From: Octopus sinensis
Taxonomy: Eukaryota
Reading direction: 5' to 3'
NCBI RefSeq assembly: GCF_006345805.1
Contig: NC_042999.1
Location: 49,910,001-49,974,000, forward strand
Length of the DNA stretch: 64,000 nucleotides
The notes under the pieces were generated by a model. The model saw only the letters and a list, made by a program, of their open reading frames with translations. It was not told where the DNA came from and did not search any database. Position 1 is the first letter of the stretch, and each line of letters starts with the position of its first letter. This document shows, piece after piece, positions 51,248-64,000 of the stretch. The translations under genes were made by a program, and so were the position numbers.

Positions 51248-54200
51248 TAAGAAAGAGAGAGGGATAGAAAGAAAAATAGAGAAAGGGAGGAACAGAGACA
51301 AAGTAGTTGCCATGGTAATATTAGCAAGAAATTATAATACAAAATTATATAAAGTCTATTGTAAGATTTTGTGAATAGAAATGTTAAATTTCAAACTTTT
51401 ATATCTATGTATGTCAAATATATCATCATTGTCATTATTTACCTCCACTTCCTTCTCATCATCACCAGCATCATCATTGAGGATAATGGTAGGATGAGAA
51501 AGAGAATGATGACAAAACTTTTCTATGCTCACATGGTTCAGGTGGAATTTGTTTTGGCAGATAATCTACAGATGGATTAGCTATTTTGTTACCAACTCTC
51601 ATCTGGTCTCCAGCAAGGTAATATTTCTCCATTGATGAACAGGTTTCCATGGAAAACAGGAAATGCTGGACAAACCACTTGTAGGATGGTGGCACACATA
51701 ACTAACTTGTGATGTCAAGATAAGAAGACAAAAAAACATGCATACATATAGACACACACATGTACGCATACACACACAGATATATACATAAATATCACGT
51801 GATCACGTGACCGACCAGACCATCAGATGTTGTTACACATCGCTGGTCACAATGCGTTCGCATTGTTTTAGCCTTCGAATGACGCCAACCCGCTGGCTAA
51901 GCGAGCAGGCCAACAGAAGAAAGAGTGGGAGAAAGAGTGGTGAAAGAGTACAGCAGGGATCACCCCCCCCCCCCTGCTGGAGCCTCGTGGAGCTTTTAGG
52001 TGTTTTCGCTCAATAAACACTCACAACGCTTGGTCTGGGAATCGAAACCGCGATCCTGCAACCGTGAGTCCGCTGCCCTAACCACTAGGCCATTGCACCT
52101 CCACACATAAATATAGATATTGTAATTATTTGCCAGATCCAATAGAATCGAGGTATTTTAATACTGGCACTGAGATGAAAGATTCAATATGCTTTCCATA
52201 TGCTTTGTGTGAAAAATCTTAAATTTCTCTTTTACTTGTTTCAGTCATTTGATTGCAGCCATGCTGGAGCACCGCCTTTAATCAAGCAACTCGACCCCGG
52301 GACTTATTCTTTGTAAGCCCAGTACTTATTCTATCGGTCTCTTATTGCCGAACCGCTAAGTAACGGGGACATAAACACACCAGCATCGGTTGCCAAGCAA
52401 TGCTAGGGGGACAAACACAGACACACATACATATATATATACATATATATGACAGGCTTCTTTCAGTTTCCGTCTACCAAATCCACTCACAAGACATTGG
52501 TTGGCCCGAGGCTATAGCAGAAGACACTTGCCCAAGATGCCACGCAGTGGAACTGAACCCAGAACCATGTAGTTGGTAAGCAAGCTACTTACCACACAGC
52601 CACTCCTGCGCCTATGTTAAATTTTATTTTAACTTAAAATCACCAAAAGAAAACAGTTTTTTTTATATGATGTAATTCATTTGTCCATCAATAAAAAAAC
52701 TTGTCTGAAACAGCTGCACTGAACCTCAGCCCATTTGTGTTTATATATAAGCGCAGGAGTGGCTGTGTGGTAAGTAGCTTGCTAACTAACCACATGGTTG
52801 TGGGTTCAGTCCCACTGCGTGGCATCTTGGGCAAGTGTCTTCTGCTATAGCCCCGGGCCGACCAATGCCTTGTGAGTGGATTTGGTAGACGGAAACTGAA
52901 AGAAGCCTGTCGTATATATGTATATATGTGTGTGTGTGTGTGTCTGTGTTTGTCCCCCTAGCATTGCTTGACAACCGATGCTGGTGTGTTTACGTCCCCG
53001 TCACTTAGCGGTTCGGCAAAAGAGACCAATAGAATAAGTACTGGGCTTACAAAGAATAAGTCCCGAGGTCGATTTGCTCGACTAAAGGCGGTGCTCCAGC
53101 ATGGCCACAGTCAAATGACTGAAACAAGTAAAAGAGTAAAAGAGTATATATATGTAACGGTTTTAATTTGTAAAGGTGGATATTGTTATGAATTATCGGA
53201 GACAACAGTTGTATGTTGTAAGACGTGCAAAAACAAAGAGCATAAAGTTTTAAGGAAATTATTTGTTTTACCGTTATGTTACAATTACCTTGCCTTGATG
53301 AGCAGGTTGATAGTTCCAAAAACATGCGAAAGTAAAGTTTGCTGTGGTAAAATGTTTTCTTTACATAGTTTTACGTATACGTATAGATAGTAGTCCATAG
53401 AATGATGTTATAGAACAGAATTAGAGCTAAAGAGAATTGTGTGGTCTGTCTCACAGTCGCTTTCTCCCTCTGACCAAGGTTGGTCAGCCAGACCTCCTTG
53501 AGTCGTCACCCAGCTGGTGACTAACTGATTTTTGCTTGGGATGTGTTTGCTTATATTAAGATCCAGAAGGATAGATATATCATTGAGAACACTAGATTTA
53601 GTTGGTGGTCTTGTTATCTATTCTAGCTTTAGGTGAAGTAGAAGAGGTTAGAAAGGGTCAAATAGTGAAGACATTGTTTTGGCCTAGCTAATGGCATCTG
53701 GAAAATGTAATGACTGCTGTCAGAGAAAAACCATTGTTCCATTGTGGGAAAAGTTCTGTAGTAGTGTTGATTTAAATTTGGCTATGTTGGATCGAATCTG
53801 TTTCATGCATGCAAGATTCGCTACATATATATATACACAATGGGTTTACTTCAATTTCCATCTATCAAATCCACTCTCAAGGATTTCGTTGGCCTGAGGC
53901 TATAGTAGAAGATACTTGCCCAAGGTGTCATGCAGTGGGACTGAACCTGGAACCATGTGGTTGGCAATCAAACTTGTTACTACACTGCCACACCTGCACC
54001 TATATATATATATATATATATGACAGGATTCTTTCAGTTTCCATCCACCGAATCCACTCACAAGGCTTCAGTTGGTCCAAGGATATATAAGAAGACACTT
54101 GACAAAGTTGCTATGCATTAGAACTGAACCTGGGACAATGTGTCTGGGAAGCAAACCATGCCCTTTTTATTTCTAGTAGTCTGTGGGAGACGATTGCATT

Positions 54201-54571
54201 CATGATCACTTTCAGAGACACGACAAAATTGGTGGAAGGGGAAAAGGGCTGGGTCAGATATTTTCATCAGAAAAAATTGAATCTGTTTTGGGCACCAAAG
54301 AATCATGTGCATGTAAAAATAGAGAGATGAATTAAGTCTGTTACCTATGAACAGACACAGTTTCATCCAATGCTTTTCTGCACATTCTTTAAACTCAGTT
54401 TTACTTGCAATCATCATTATCTTCATTTAATGTCTGTCTTCAGTGCTGGCATACATGGTTTGTCTGGAGCCAGTAAGCCAGAGAGCTGCACCAAGCTCCT
54501 GTTATCTGTTTTGGCTTCGTTTTTACAGCTGGATGCTCTTCCTAATGCCAACCACTTTACAGAGTGCACTG

Positions 54572-55215
54572 GGTGTCTTTTACGTGTCACTGGCACGGGT
54601 GCCCTTCCATCTGTCACTGGCATGGGTGCCTTTTGTGAGTCACTGACAAGGGTCCCCTTTTACATGCCACCAGCATGGTTATCTTTTATGTGTCACTGGT
54701 ATGGGTGCCTTGTACATGTCACCATCTGAAGCAATGATAAAAGACAGTTTCTCAAAGTGGTGAGCGGTGGGATTGAACTTATAAAATGTGATTGTTAAAC
54801 GAACTTCTGAAGCACAACTCCAAGTCTGTTTAATGGAAGTTAGAAGGTTTTTCAGTTTTTCTTTTTTCTCCTTATCACCCAAATTGGCACTTCAATTCCA
54901 GGTGTCTTTTATGTGTCACTGGCACGGGTGCCTTTTCTGAGTCACTGACAAGGGTCCCCTTTTACATGCCACCAGCATGATTACCTTTTATGAGTCACTG
55001 GTATGGACACCTTGTAGATGTCACCATCTGAAGCAATGATAAAAGACAGTTTCTCAAAGTGGTGAGCGGTGGGATTGAACTTATAAAATGTGATTGTTAA
55101 ACGAACTTCTGAAGCACACCTACAAGTCTGTTTAATGGAAGTTAGATGGTTTTTCATTTTTTCTCTTTTTTTTTCTTTTTCTCCTTATCACCCAAGCTGG
55201 CACTTCGATTCCAGG
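54572..55215 (+). repeat. Tandem duplication of ~320 bp
   Basis: The block gtcactggcacgggtgcc...gaagcaatgataaaagacag...ggcacttc(a/g)attccaggt occurs twice in direct succession. Confidence 0.85.
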
Positions 55216-56143
55216 TATTCTGACATTTACATAATGTAATATTCATTCAAGGAAATGATTCAAATAAATCATAAGGAAGATGTGCAGGAAATATGGTTAA
55301 AGGAAATGTAAACAGAAGTATTGTAGTAATAATGATTAAACATCAATTAAATAATTAAATGATATTCTGCAAATGAGTATTAAATCTTTAAAGAAAACAA
55401 AGCAACAAATGTTACAAACATCAGAATTGAGACAAAAATAAGGAAGACTAGGAAATAAGTGATATATCAGATATAATTAAGCACAGAAATGGATATATAT
55501 GCTGTTGCTGGTGTCATTTAACCTTATGTCAAGCAGACCAATAATCAAAGCAACTCTAAATGTGATTATTTTGTGTTTTTGTATCTTTTATCTTTTACTT
55601 GTTTCAGTCATTTGACTGCGGCCATGCTGGAGCACCGCCTTTAGTCGAGCAAATCGACCCCGGGACTTATTCTTTGTAAGCCCAGTACTTATTCTATCGG
55701 TCTCTTTTGCCGAACTGCTAAGTGACGGGGACGTAAACACACCAGCATCGGTTGTCAAGCAATGCTAGGGGGACAAACACACAAACACACACACATACAC
55801 ACACACATATATATATATATGCATATATACGACAGGCTTCTTTCAGTTTCCGTCTACCAAATCCACTCACAAGGCATTGGTCGGCCCGGGGCTATAGCAG
55901 AAGACACTTGCCCAAGATGCCACGCAGTGGGACTGAACCCGGAGCCATGTGGTTGGTTAGCAAGCTACTTACCACACAGCCACTCCTGCGCTGTATGTCG
56001 ATGACTGCTTAATTAATGTTGCTTCTTTTTTTTTTAAAGCAGGAGGGATTGGCTTCAAGGATATTTGGCTGTTATTTTTAGCATGTAGAACATTTGTGTG
56101 CATATATAAATATATATATATATTGAATACTTACGTGCATGTG

Positions 56144-56174
<31 letters not shown>

Positions 56175-58340
56175 TGTGTGTGTGTGTGTAAAAGTTATAT
56201 ATAGTTGAATGAATGAACACTCACACAGGAAAAAAAATAACTTGTCTGTAGGAGAGAAACTCATCTGTTCATATGTATCAATAGAACCTAATTACACAAT
56301 GGCAATATTGAGTCATATATATATATATATATATATATATAATTGTATATGAGTGTGTGTATCATTGGTAATATCATTTGATTGTCCATGTGCCATGTTG
56401 GTATATGCTGGACAGTTTGTTAAGATCTTACACGTCCAAAGACTGCATCATTCTCCGTTGTCTATTTTAGCATAGCTTATATGACTGGCTGGCCTTCCTA
56501 ACAACACCTACTTTACAGAATATACTGGGAGCTTGTTTTGTGCCACTAACACTAGCAAGGTTGCCATCCAGCATGCAAAACTATGAACCTTGATAGAGAG
56601 AGAGAGTTGGCTTTATGATAAGAAATGAGGTGGGTTAAAGTATAAGGGAAGGACCAAAACAAAACAAGTTTCTTGTTGAAGAGGAGCTACATGGTTACTT
56701 ACATTTTAGAAAAGAGAGTGGGACATAATTGGGGTGGAGGTCAGAAGAGATAAAATTAGTGGTGCTGATAGTATCTAACTGGACTCTTAATAAATGAGGT
56801 GAGTTGAAGTGAGTGGGGGCAGAGATTTGCAACTAGATGGCTTCAGGTTTGATCCCATTGTGCTGTATGTACCTGTGTCAAATATTTCCTATGACAAGAT
56901 TGGGATGAACAATGTTTTGAGAGTGGAATTTGATAGGCAGATAGACCATTTGTGTTCTTGAAAAGTGGCCCTTATCAGTCACAAAGTTTAACACCACCAC
57001 CTAGTTCTTGGTTTCCTTTAGCAAAGTCCACATTTTTGCAAATTCTCCAATCAGGAAATGACTTCTTCCTTTCCTTCAAACAGTTTGGGAGGCTATGAAA
57101 AATGTCCTGGGTATTGCTCTTCCTACTCTGACCAAGTCATGTATAGAAATAGAATAGATCTACTACACCAAGCTGATTGGAAAAGGGAATTAATAACACT
57201 CCATTCACATTACACATAGATTGATATAGTGTTTCAATTTTACTGAAGTAATTGAAACACTGTATATCAACTAATAGAAAAATGCTTCCTGTACAGGCTG
57301 AGAAACACATTTTTATACAATGCCTTAAGATGTTCAACAAAAGAAATAGTGTCAAAATGCAAACATCAGAACAAATACATCTTCTATATGCAAACTGGAT
57401 AGAATCCTGCATCGAACTGAACTTGGCATCTACAAAACTCACACTTGACATCAATATCTAACTATAGTAGTAATTTAATGAAGCTGCCATATTCAACCAT
57501 CAATTGGCCAGTCTTCTAATGTACCTCTTCTAAATACACATTAATCAGAATCTGACAGTCATTACAACCACCTGTTGTAACATGGTAGTAATCTTCTCTA
57601 AACTATTACACATGCACAGGATAAACTGACCAAAAGAAATATGGTAGGCATACAAAGCAAAGCTTTTAAGAGCTATTAAGAGTCTCCTGTTAGTCACCTT
57701 GAAGAATGTATAACAGATTGGGAAAAGTAATGGAATGAAGTTGCAACTTAGATGTATGTGTGTGTATGTGTGTGTGTGTGTCTGTGTGTGAAAATGGTAC
57801 ATGTTACCAAGACATACCAACTTACAAATGACGACTCTGCATAAATGTGTAAAAATGTGTGTGTATGTGTGCATACACTTCACGTCACAACTGTATGCTT
57901 TGAGGTTCAATACCACTACATGACATCTTGGACGAGTATCTTGTAATACTACATAGGTTTGAGCTGATCAATGTTTTGTCAGGGAATTTGGTAGACAGAA
58001 ACTGAGGATCATTGTGTGTGTGTATGTGTGAGTGTGTATGTATGTATGTATGTGAGTGAATTTGCATGTGAATATATTCCTATTTCTTGTTGACATAATG
58101 ACCAGTTTCTACTCCTTTAATATTTTACTTGTTTCAGTCATTTGACTGTGGCCATGCTGGAGCACTGCCTTTAGTCAAGCAAATTGACTCCAGAACTTAT
58201 TCTTTGTAAGCCTAGTACTTATTCTATCGGTCTCTTTTGCTGGACTGCTAAGTTATGGGGACATAAACACACCAGCATCAGTTGTCAAGCGATGTTGGGG
58301 GGACAAACACAGACACACAAACATATACACACACATACAT

Positions 58341-58376
<36 letters not shown>

Positions 58377-58770
58377 GATAGGCTTCTTTTCAGTTTCCGT
58401 CTACCAAATCCACTCACAAGGCTTTGGTCAGCCTGAAGCTATAGCAGAAGACACTTGCCCAAGGTGTCACGCAGTGGGAATGAACCCAGAACCATGTGGT
58501 TGGTAAGCAAGCTACTTACCACACAGCCACTCTGAATTTTCAAATGAAAGATATCATGCTTCAAAACCAGGTACAGGTTGGTGACAGTGAGAGCATCTGC
58601 CATAAAACCCTGCCTCAAATACATCACAGTTTAACCCATGCTAGCATGAAAATCGAACATTAAACAAATGAGAATATATATGTAGGTATGTGTACATATA
58701 TGTGTGTGTACTGAGAAATCTTTAATAATATCAAAATATACAATATAAGAATCACATTAATATCTGTATA

Positions 58771-60031
58771 CAGTAATTCCTCGAATATTGCAGGTTTTAC
58801 ATTCCAAAAGCCCCTATGATAGGTGAAAATCTACGAAGTAGAAACAGTAATGTACCGTATATATTTTTTCATTATAATTTTTATATATTCTATTTCGTTT
58901 TTGGATTTGGTTTGCAAGATTCTTTATATAAGTTCGTGTGTTGAAGTATATTCTGTTGTGTCTGGGGAGAGACATTTTCTTTTTGTGTCTTATAATGTAA
59001 CACACTCACCGGTAAAATTTCCACTTATTTCTTATTTTTATTTTCCTAAAATTTCCATTGCGTCTTGCAACCTTTTCAATAGTCTTGACTTTCAATAATC
59101 TTGACTCTCAAGAGAGTCAAGACTATTGAAAAGGTTGCAAGACGCAATGAAAATTTTAGGAAAATGAAAATAAGAAATAAGTAGAATTTTTACCGGTGAG
59201 TGTGTTACATTATAAGACACAAAAAGAAAATGACTCTCCCCAGACACAACAGAATTCTATATATTCATTTTTATTATAAATGCAAGACAACACCTTGGAG
59301 GGATCAATGTAAGCTGAAATAATGTAGTTTGTCTGTTGATGCGATGAAGACCATCTAGTCATCCTGGGGTGGGGGGTGTTGTTGTTTTGTGAGTCCCCAG
59401 ATTGCTAATGAGGCCAATCTGCACCCAAAAGAGTCTTTGACAGTGTGGACAGGGAATGGTAGCACTTGCTACAGGGTTGTTAGCTCTGTTCTTCCTTGCT
59501 TGTCTGCGGTGTTCTGCAGTAGCAATCCTATTGGTCTCGCATGTGTTGGCACCCTTGTGGGCAGCTGATCGCCACCCTTCTATGTCTAGAACAGACTGCT
59601 CCCAAGTGTCATGGTCGATGTTGAAGGCTTTCAGTGTGTCCTTAAAGCGCTTCTTCTAGCCGCCTTGTGAGCAATCTTTTTGGTAATCGTTTGTCTGACA
59701 TGCGAACTACATGCTCTGCCCAGCGAAGCTGAGACTGCATCAAGATGGTATGGATGCTGGACAGGTTAGCACGTATTAGTACCTCAGTGTCCGGGATCCT
59801 GTCCTACCACTTTATGCCGAGAAATTTTCCGAGGCGAATCGTATGAAAGTGGTTGTTTCCTGGCATGACGCTGGTAGACTGTCCAGGACTCACAGCCGTA
59901 AATCAGCATTGTGAGAACAACAGCCCGGTACACCTTGATCTTTGTCATGATGGTGAAATAATAAACTGCAATAGGTGAACCATGATAGGTGAACCGCAAT
60001 AGGTGAACCTCAATATGGTGAGGGATTATTG
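58771..60031. mobile_element. Non-autonomous pogo/Tigger-like DNA transposon containing a long internal inverted repeat and an RTE insertion
   Basis: TA|cagtaattcctcga ... gagggattattg|TA termini, and subterminal ataggtgaacc repeats at about 59970-60010. Confidence 0.6.
59343..59955 (-). mobile_element. RTE-BovB-like LINE, 3' fragment
   Basis: TKIKVYRAVVLTMLIYGCESWTVYQRHARK...SQLRWAEHVVRM...KKRFKDTL...IPCPHCQRLF..QIGLISN. Confidence 0.9.
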
Positions 60032-60109
60032 TACTTAACATTGTTATATGCTAAAAGATTATTCAAAATCAGTAAGATTCTCATAGTCTATATTCTAACA
60101 ATATTAAAG

Positions 60110-60400
60110 AATTCTCACCATTCTAATGAGTCATGAGAGAAAATTTTCTGGGGAAGCAACAAAGTATAAAACTCTTCTGTCAATTGTTAAAAAGATGGAA
60201 AATAAAATGGTTTCATCATGTGTAATATAATAAGACCATGGTACCCACCACCTCCATTGTATGTGTTCCTGTAGTTTCAAGACCTTGGTAAAGAAAAGGA
60301 ATTCTTTGATGGGGCAGTTGAACAATGTCAAGTAATGGAAAAGGGGAAGAGAGTAAAAAACATAAGATTGGGTGATGATTGGTGAAGATTGAAAAAGGAG
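60110..60400 (+). mobile_element. Highly decayed RTE-like 3' fragment
   Basis: Weak match to the LL..VK.RK..WFGHV.R...KR.RGR-type C-terminus. Confidence 0.4.
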
Positions 60401-60549
60401 AACATGTCACCTCTTGCTGTTGACCTAACGACCTCCTGTGCTATTTATTCTGATTGATTGATTCTGTATCGATCATTTTGAGATTAAAAAGTGTGGAAGA
60501 TAAAGAAATGAAAGAAAACAAGTAAAATGGGATAACAAGAAACTAATGC

Positions 60550-62659
60550 ATGAGGTGGGCTGAAAAGTTCATAGGCTGACTATGAAGGAATGATATTAAA
60601 ACTGTGAAATCTTGCATGTATTAATTTCGGCTCTTCTTATTAATAACTATGCATGACCATCGAACGCTGGGCCTCACAGAGGCAATGATGAAAGACTGAG
60701 ACCTCTGGAGATATGCTGTTACTGTGAAAACCCGACAAATGTCATGAGTTCATGGCTGTTTCCTGCACCAGCTTCACATAGAAGCCCCAGCCCATCCAAA
60801 GTACCTTCGATTGCAGGATGGCCTGCTCTGCTTACTTTGGATCATAGGGCAACCTGCTGTGCTTGAGGAGACCTACTGAGTCAAGTACATCAACATCAAA
60901 AAACTCAAATGGAAATTGTAGTTGTGATACTCGTGCTGGTTGCACGTAAAAAGCACCATCCGAATGTGGCCGATGGCAGCACCCCCTTGACTGGGTTCTG
61001 TGTCGGTGGCATGTAAAGAGCACCAACCGATCGTGGCCGTTGCCAGCCTCCCGTGGCACCTGTGCTGCTGGCACGTAAAAAGCACCCACTATACTTAGGG
61101 AGTGGTTGGCGTTAGGAAGGGCATCTAGCTGTAGAAACACTACCAGATCAGACTGGAGCCTGGTGCAGCCTCTTGGCTTCCCAGACCCTGGTCAAACCGT
61201 CCTACCCATGCTAACATGGAAAACGGACGTTAAACGATGATGATGATTGTTTTTTTTGGTGGCGGGGTCCAGCTAAACTCGCATCTGACTGTTCAAAAAA
61301 GACTTTAAAGGCTTCGCTTGAAAATGGACAAAATTTGGTATCATAGTGTTATCAAGTATTTGCAGGAAAAGGGTTTAGCCTCAAAAAACATTCATGCTGA
61401 CATGACTGCTATATTAGGGAATGACACAATGGCTTTATGAACAGTAGAAAAGTAAGCAGCTGAATTTAGGAGGGGAAAAGAAAGTTTTGAAGATGATCCA
61501 AGGTCTGGACATTCTCCACTTAACATCACTGAGGAAAACATTGATCATGTTCACCACATAGGGATAGATGACAGCCCATTGATTAGAAATCAAATAACCA
61601 ATGCTATTAGCATATCAAGTGGGAGAGTTGAGAATATTCTGCTCAATAAACTTGGCATGATAAAGGTTTCTTATTTCTGTATTGCCCACAAGGGGCTAAA
61701 CATATAGGGGACAAACAAGGACAGACAAAGGGATCAAGCCAATTGCGTTGACCCCTGTGCGTAACTGGTATTTAATTTATCAATCCGAAAGGGTGAAAGG
61801 CAAAGTCAACCTCAGTGGAATTTGAACTCAGAACATAACAGCAGACGAAATACCGCTAAGCATTTCACGCAGCGTGCTAACGTTTCTGCCAGTTTGCCGC
61901 CTTCAATGACGAAGGTTTCTGCTTGGTGGGTGCCACATCAGATCAAAATTGCACCAAGCTGATCACATCAAGGGAAAATCTGACATTGTTTGAAGTAGAT
62001 CCAGGTAGTCTCCTTGGATTTTACCTAACTCAGGATGAGTTTTGGGTTCATCACTTTGAGCCAGAGACAAATAGACAATCCGTGCAGTGGAAACACCCGT
62101 CCTCACTCGATCCAAAGAAGGCCAAACTTATTTCATCTGCAGGGAAAGGGGTGATGGCCTCAGTATTTTGGAATGCAAAAGGCATTGTATGCATTGACTA
62201 TCTTCAAAAGGCCACAACATCAATAGAAAGTACTATGCAAACTTGCTGAGGCAATAATGAAAGGTTATCAAGACCAAATGCCTAGGAAACTGAAACTGAT
62301 AAAAGGTTTCTTGTTTCATTAGGACAATGCTTTAGCACTCCTGTCCTTGGTCTCAATGGTTGTTGTATGGGAATATGGGTTTGAACTCGTTGATCAGCCT
62401 CCCTATTCTCCTGATTTGGCCTCATCTGACTGCCATCTATTCCATTAACATGAAACAACACGATGATGTTATGTCTGTTGTTAATGACTTTTTGGAGCAA
62501 CAGGATGAAAGATTATTCACCAATAGGATCCAAGCACTGCAACACCAATGACAGAAGTGTGTGGACCACATGGCAGACTAAGTCTAAAAATAAATCTCAC
62601 TTGGTCTCCTTTTACGAGAGTATTTTGGTCAGCCTATGAACTTTTCAGCCAACCTTCAT
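60550..62659 (+). mobile_element. Near full-length decayed mariner element with both TIRs and two nested insertions
   Basis: TIRs gaggtgggctgaaaagttcataggctga / tcagcctatgaacttttcagccaacctt. Motifs MDKIW..VIKYLQ, EDDPRSG, LTQDEFWVHHFEPETNRQSVQW, MASVFWNAKG, DNA and PPYSPDLASSD. Interrupted by family C (60660-61248) and family A (61670-61903, TSD about atga(t/c)(a/g)aaggtttct). Confidence 0.9.
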
Positions 62660-63349
62660 TATAGCTTTACATTTGAAGGTTAAATCTTTGATGTAAAAGT
62701 ACATGCCTTTTTATTATTATTATCAAAATGAAAGAACACCAACGTGTTTAGTGACTGAAGCCATAAATGAGAAAAATAAAAATACATTTCCAATGTGTAA
62801 ACTGTTTTGTTACTTGAGAACAAACCGAATGACACACTTATAAAAGCTGATTATAGCTCCAGTGCTAGAGGCATGATCATAGCTCATTAAATATGTGCAA
62901 TAAATGGTTATTGCAAGAGGTAAAAAATGAAATCAGCAGCAAAGCTGAATAGATTTCTGTAACATATTTTCAAAGCAAAACCTTATAAGTTAGCTGAGAA
63001 TAGTTTCCATGAAAATCCTACAGGTAGCCATTTCTACTATTTTCGAATAGCATTTTAACTAAATAACTTTAACTTGCATCAGAAAAGATGACAGAGGTGT
63101 GTTGCATATTTCCTTCCATCACCAGTTTCTTAAGTTGATCAGCAATCTTAGCACTACTATTTGCCACCAGAGACTTGACCATCATTTCAGAAGTTTACCC
63201 ACACTTCATCCTATCATGGGAAGTTCCCAGATGATGACTTGACTGATAGAAAATTCTGGGGTGTCAGATGGGGCAATGATATCTGGAACACAGTCATAAG
63301 TCTACTCTGTCATTATTGACCCAAGACTGAATAAAAAAAAAAAAAAATA

Positions 63350-63720
63350 TGCTGTACTTAACAATATTCTAAGTTCAAATAGAGAATGCTACACATATAG
63401 ACATACTAAACTATGTCCAGAAAAGGCAACCCATCTAATTGGCATAAAGTCACTTAAAGACATTCTCCAATTCTGACTCACAGACATACTGTCTCTGCTA
63501 TTTCTACCACTATTACAATGGCTTCTTCTCCACTCATGTATCCCTGTCCCAGATTTCTTTCCTCCACTTATCACTCTGATTGTGTTGAACCTCTCAGGCC
63601 TTGCACTAATCCCTACACCGAGTCCTTCTAAGAATACTGATCCTCTAGGTTTTCCTCCTAGCTTATGTCTTTTCCACAGGTGTTGACTTACAAAGTTTCA
63701 AGAAGAACATAAATGGCATG
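63350..63720 (+). mobile_element. Decayed CR1/L2-group LINE 3' fragment
   Basis: Frameshifted LNYVQK.ATHLIG..SLKDILQ...FYHYYNGF resembles LDRVQKKA.RLIG...LQ.L...SLFYRYYNG. Confidence 0.45.
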
Positions 63721-64000
63721 AATCTCACCAGCCCAGGAGGGCTCGCATAAACTATCGGAAACACCCATACCTTCAGACTCATCTTGTAATGGAAAAAAAT
63801 AATTTCTCTTATTCTAAACAGTAGCAATAGATTTTTATTGTAAGTTTGATATTATAGATAAATTATAGAAAACTGACACGTGTGCTTCTTTAAAAAGTTA
63901 CTTCCAAACTTCTATGTATTTTTTTTTTTACCCAGAATTATCATCAATATATTATTACTTGTTGGCATGTGTGCATGTGATAATTTACAGTATTTTTTTC

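Noticed and set aside
51474-51695. Minus-strand ORF containing YLAGDQM, resembling the PDZ motif LLPGDQI
   Set aside because: The surrounding residues do not fit a PDZ fold and there are no matching splice sites. The DNA (gcaaggtaa(t/c)attt) recurs at about 13810 and 23295 as a repeat.
53288-53340. 53-nt segment between cag and gtaatt on the minus strand
   Set aside because: Weak polypyrimidine tract, wrong phase for the next exon, and no PDZ similarity in any frame.

Overview
AT-rich, repeat-dense eukaryotic genomic DNA, most likely from an octopus (inferred from the SINE and RTE-tail repeat families; not checked against a database). The only host gene I can support is a FRMPD4/Preso-like FERM-PDZ gene on the minus strand. 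Three phase-0 coding exons (32836-32723, 16504-16397, 6288-6157) splice into AGRRSAFLTPAKKARLRSNPTRVRFADAVTVNGTSVIS|[36 protein letters not shown]|DVINSLQEKLNIKSIHHFALVLFNMRSPIPGKLSILRENETVAE. They are separated by introns of about 16.2 kb and 10.1 kb. The rest is intronic: a 5.7-kb (TA)n/(TATG)n tract, dozens of tRNA-derived SINEs, and decayed Penelope-like, RTE, CR1, R4/Dong-type, mariner, pogo-like and piggyBac-like elements. Nearly all ORFs in the supplied track are microsatellite or repeat noise. Two observations stand out. First, short (TA)n-flanked palindromic elements encode minimal type-I hammerhead ribozyme motifs: near-intact at 24499-24549, relics at 47756-47920 and 21921-21964. 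Second, a SINE at 43918-44167 carries a 17-nt tail matching the Penelope RT coding sequence that flanks a different SINE copy at 27.3 kb, which suggests 3' transduction from a source copy nested in a Penelope element. All coordinates were counted by hand; repeat boundaries are approximate.
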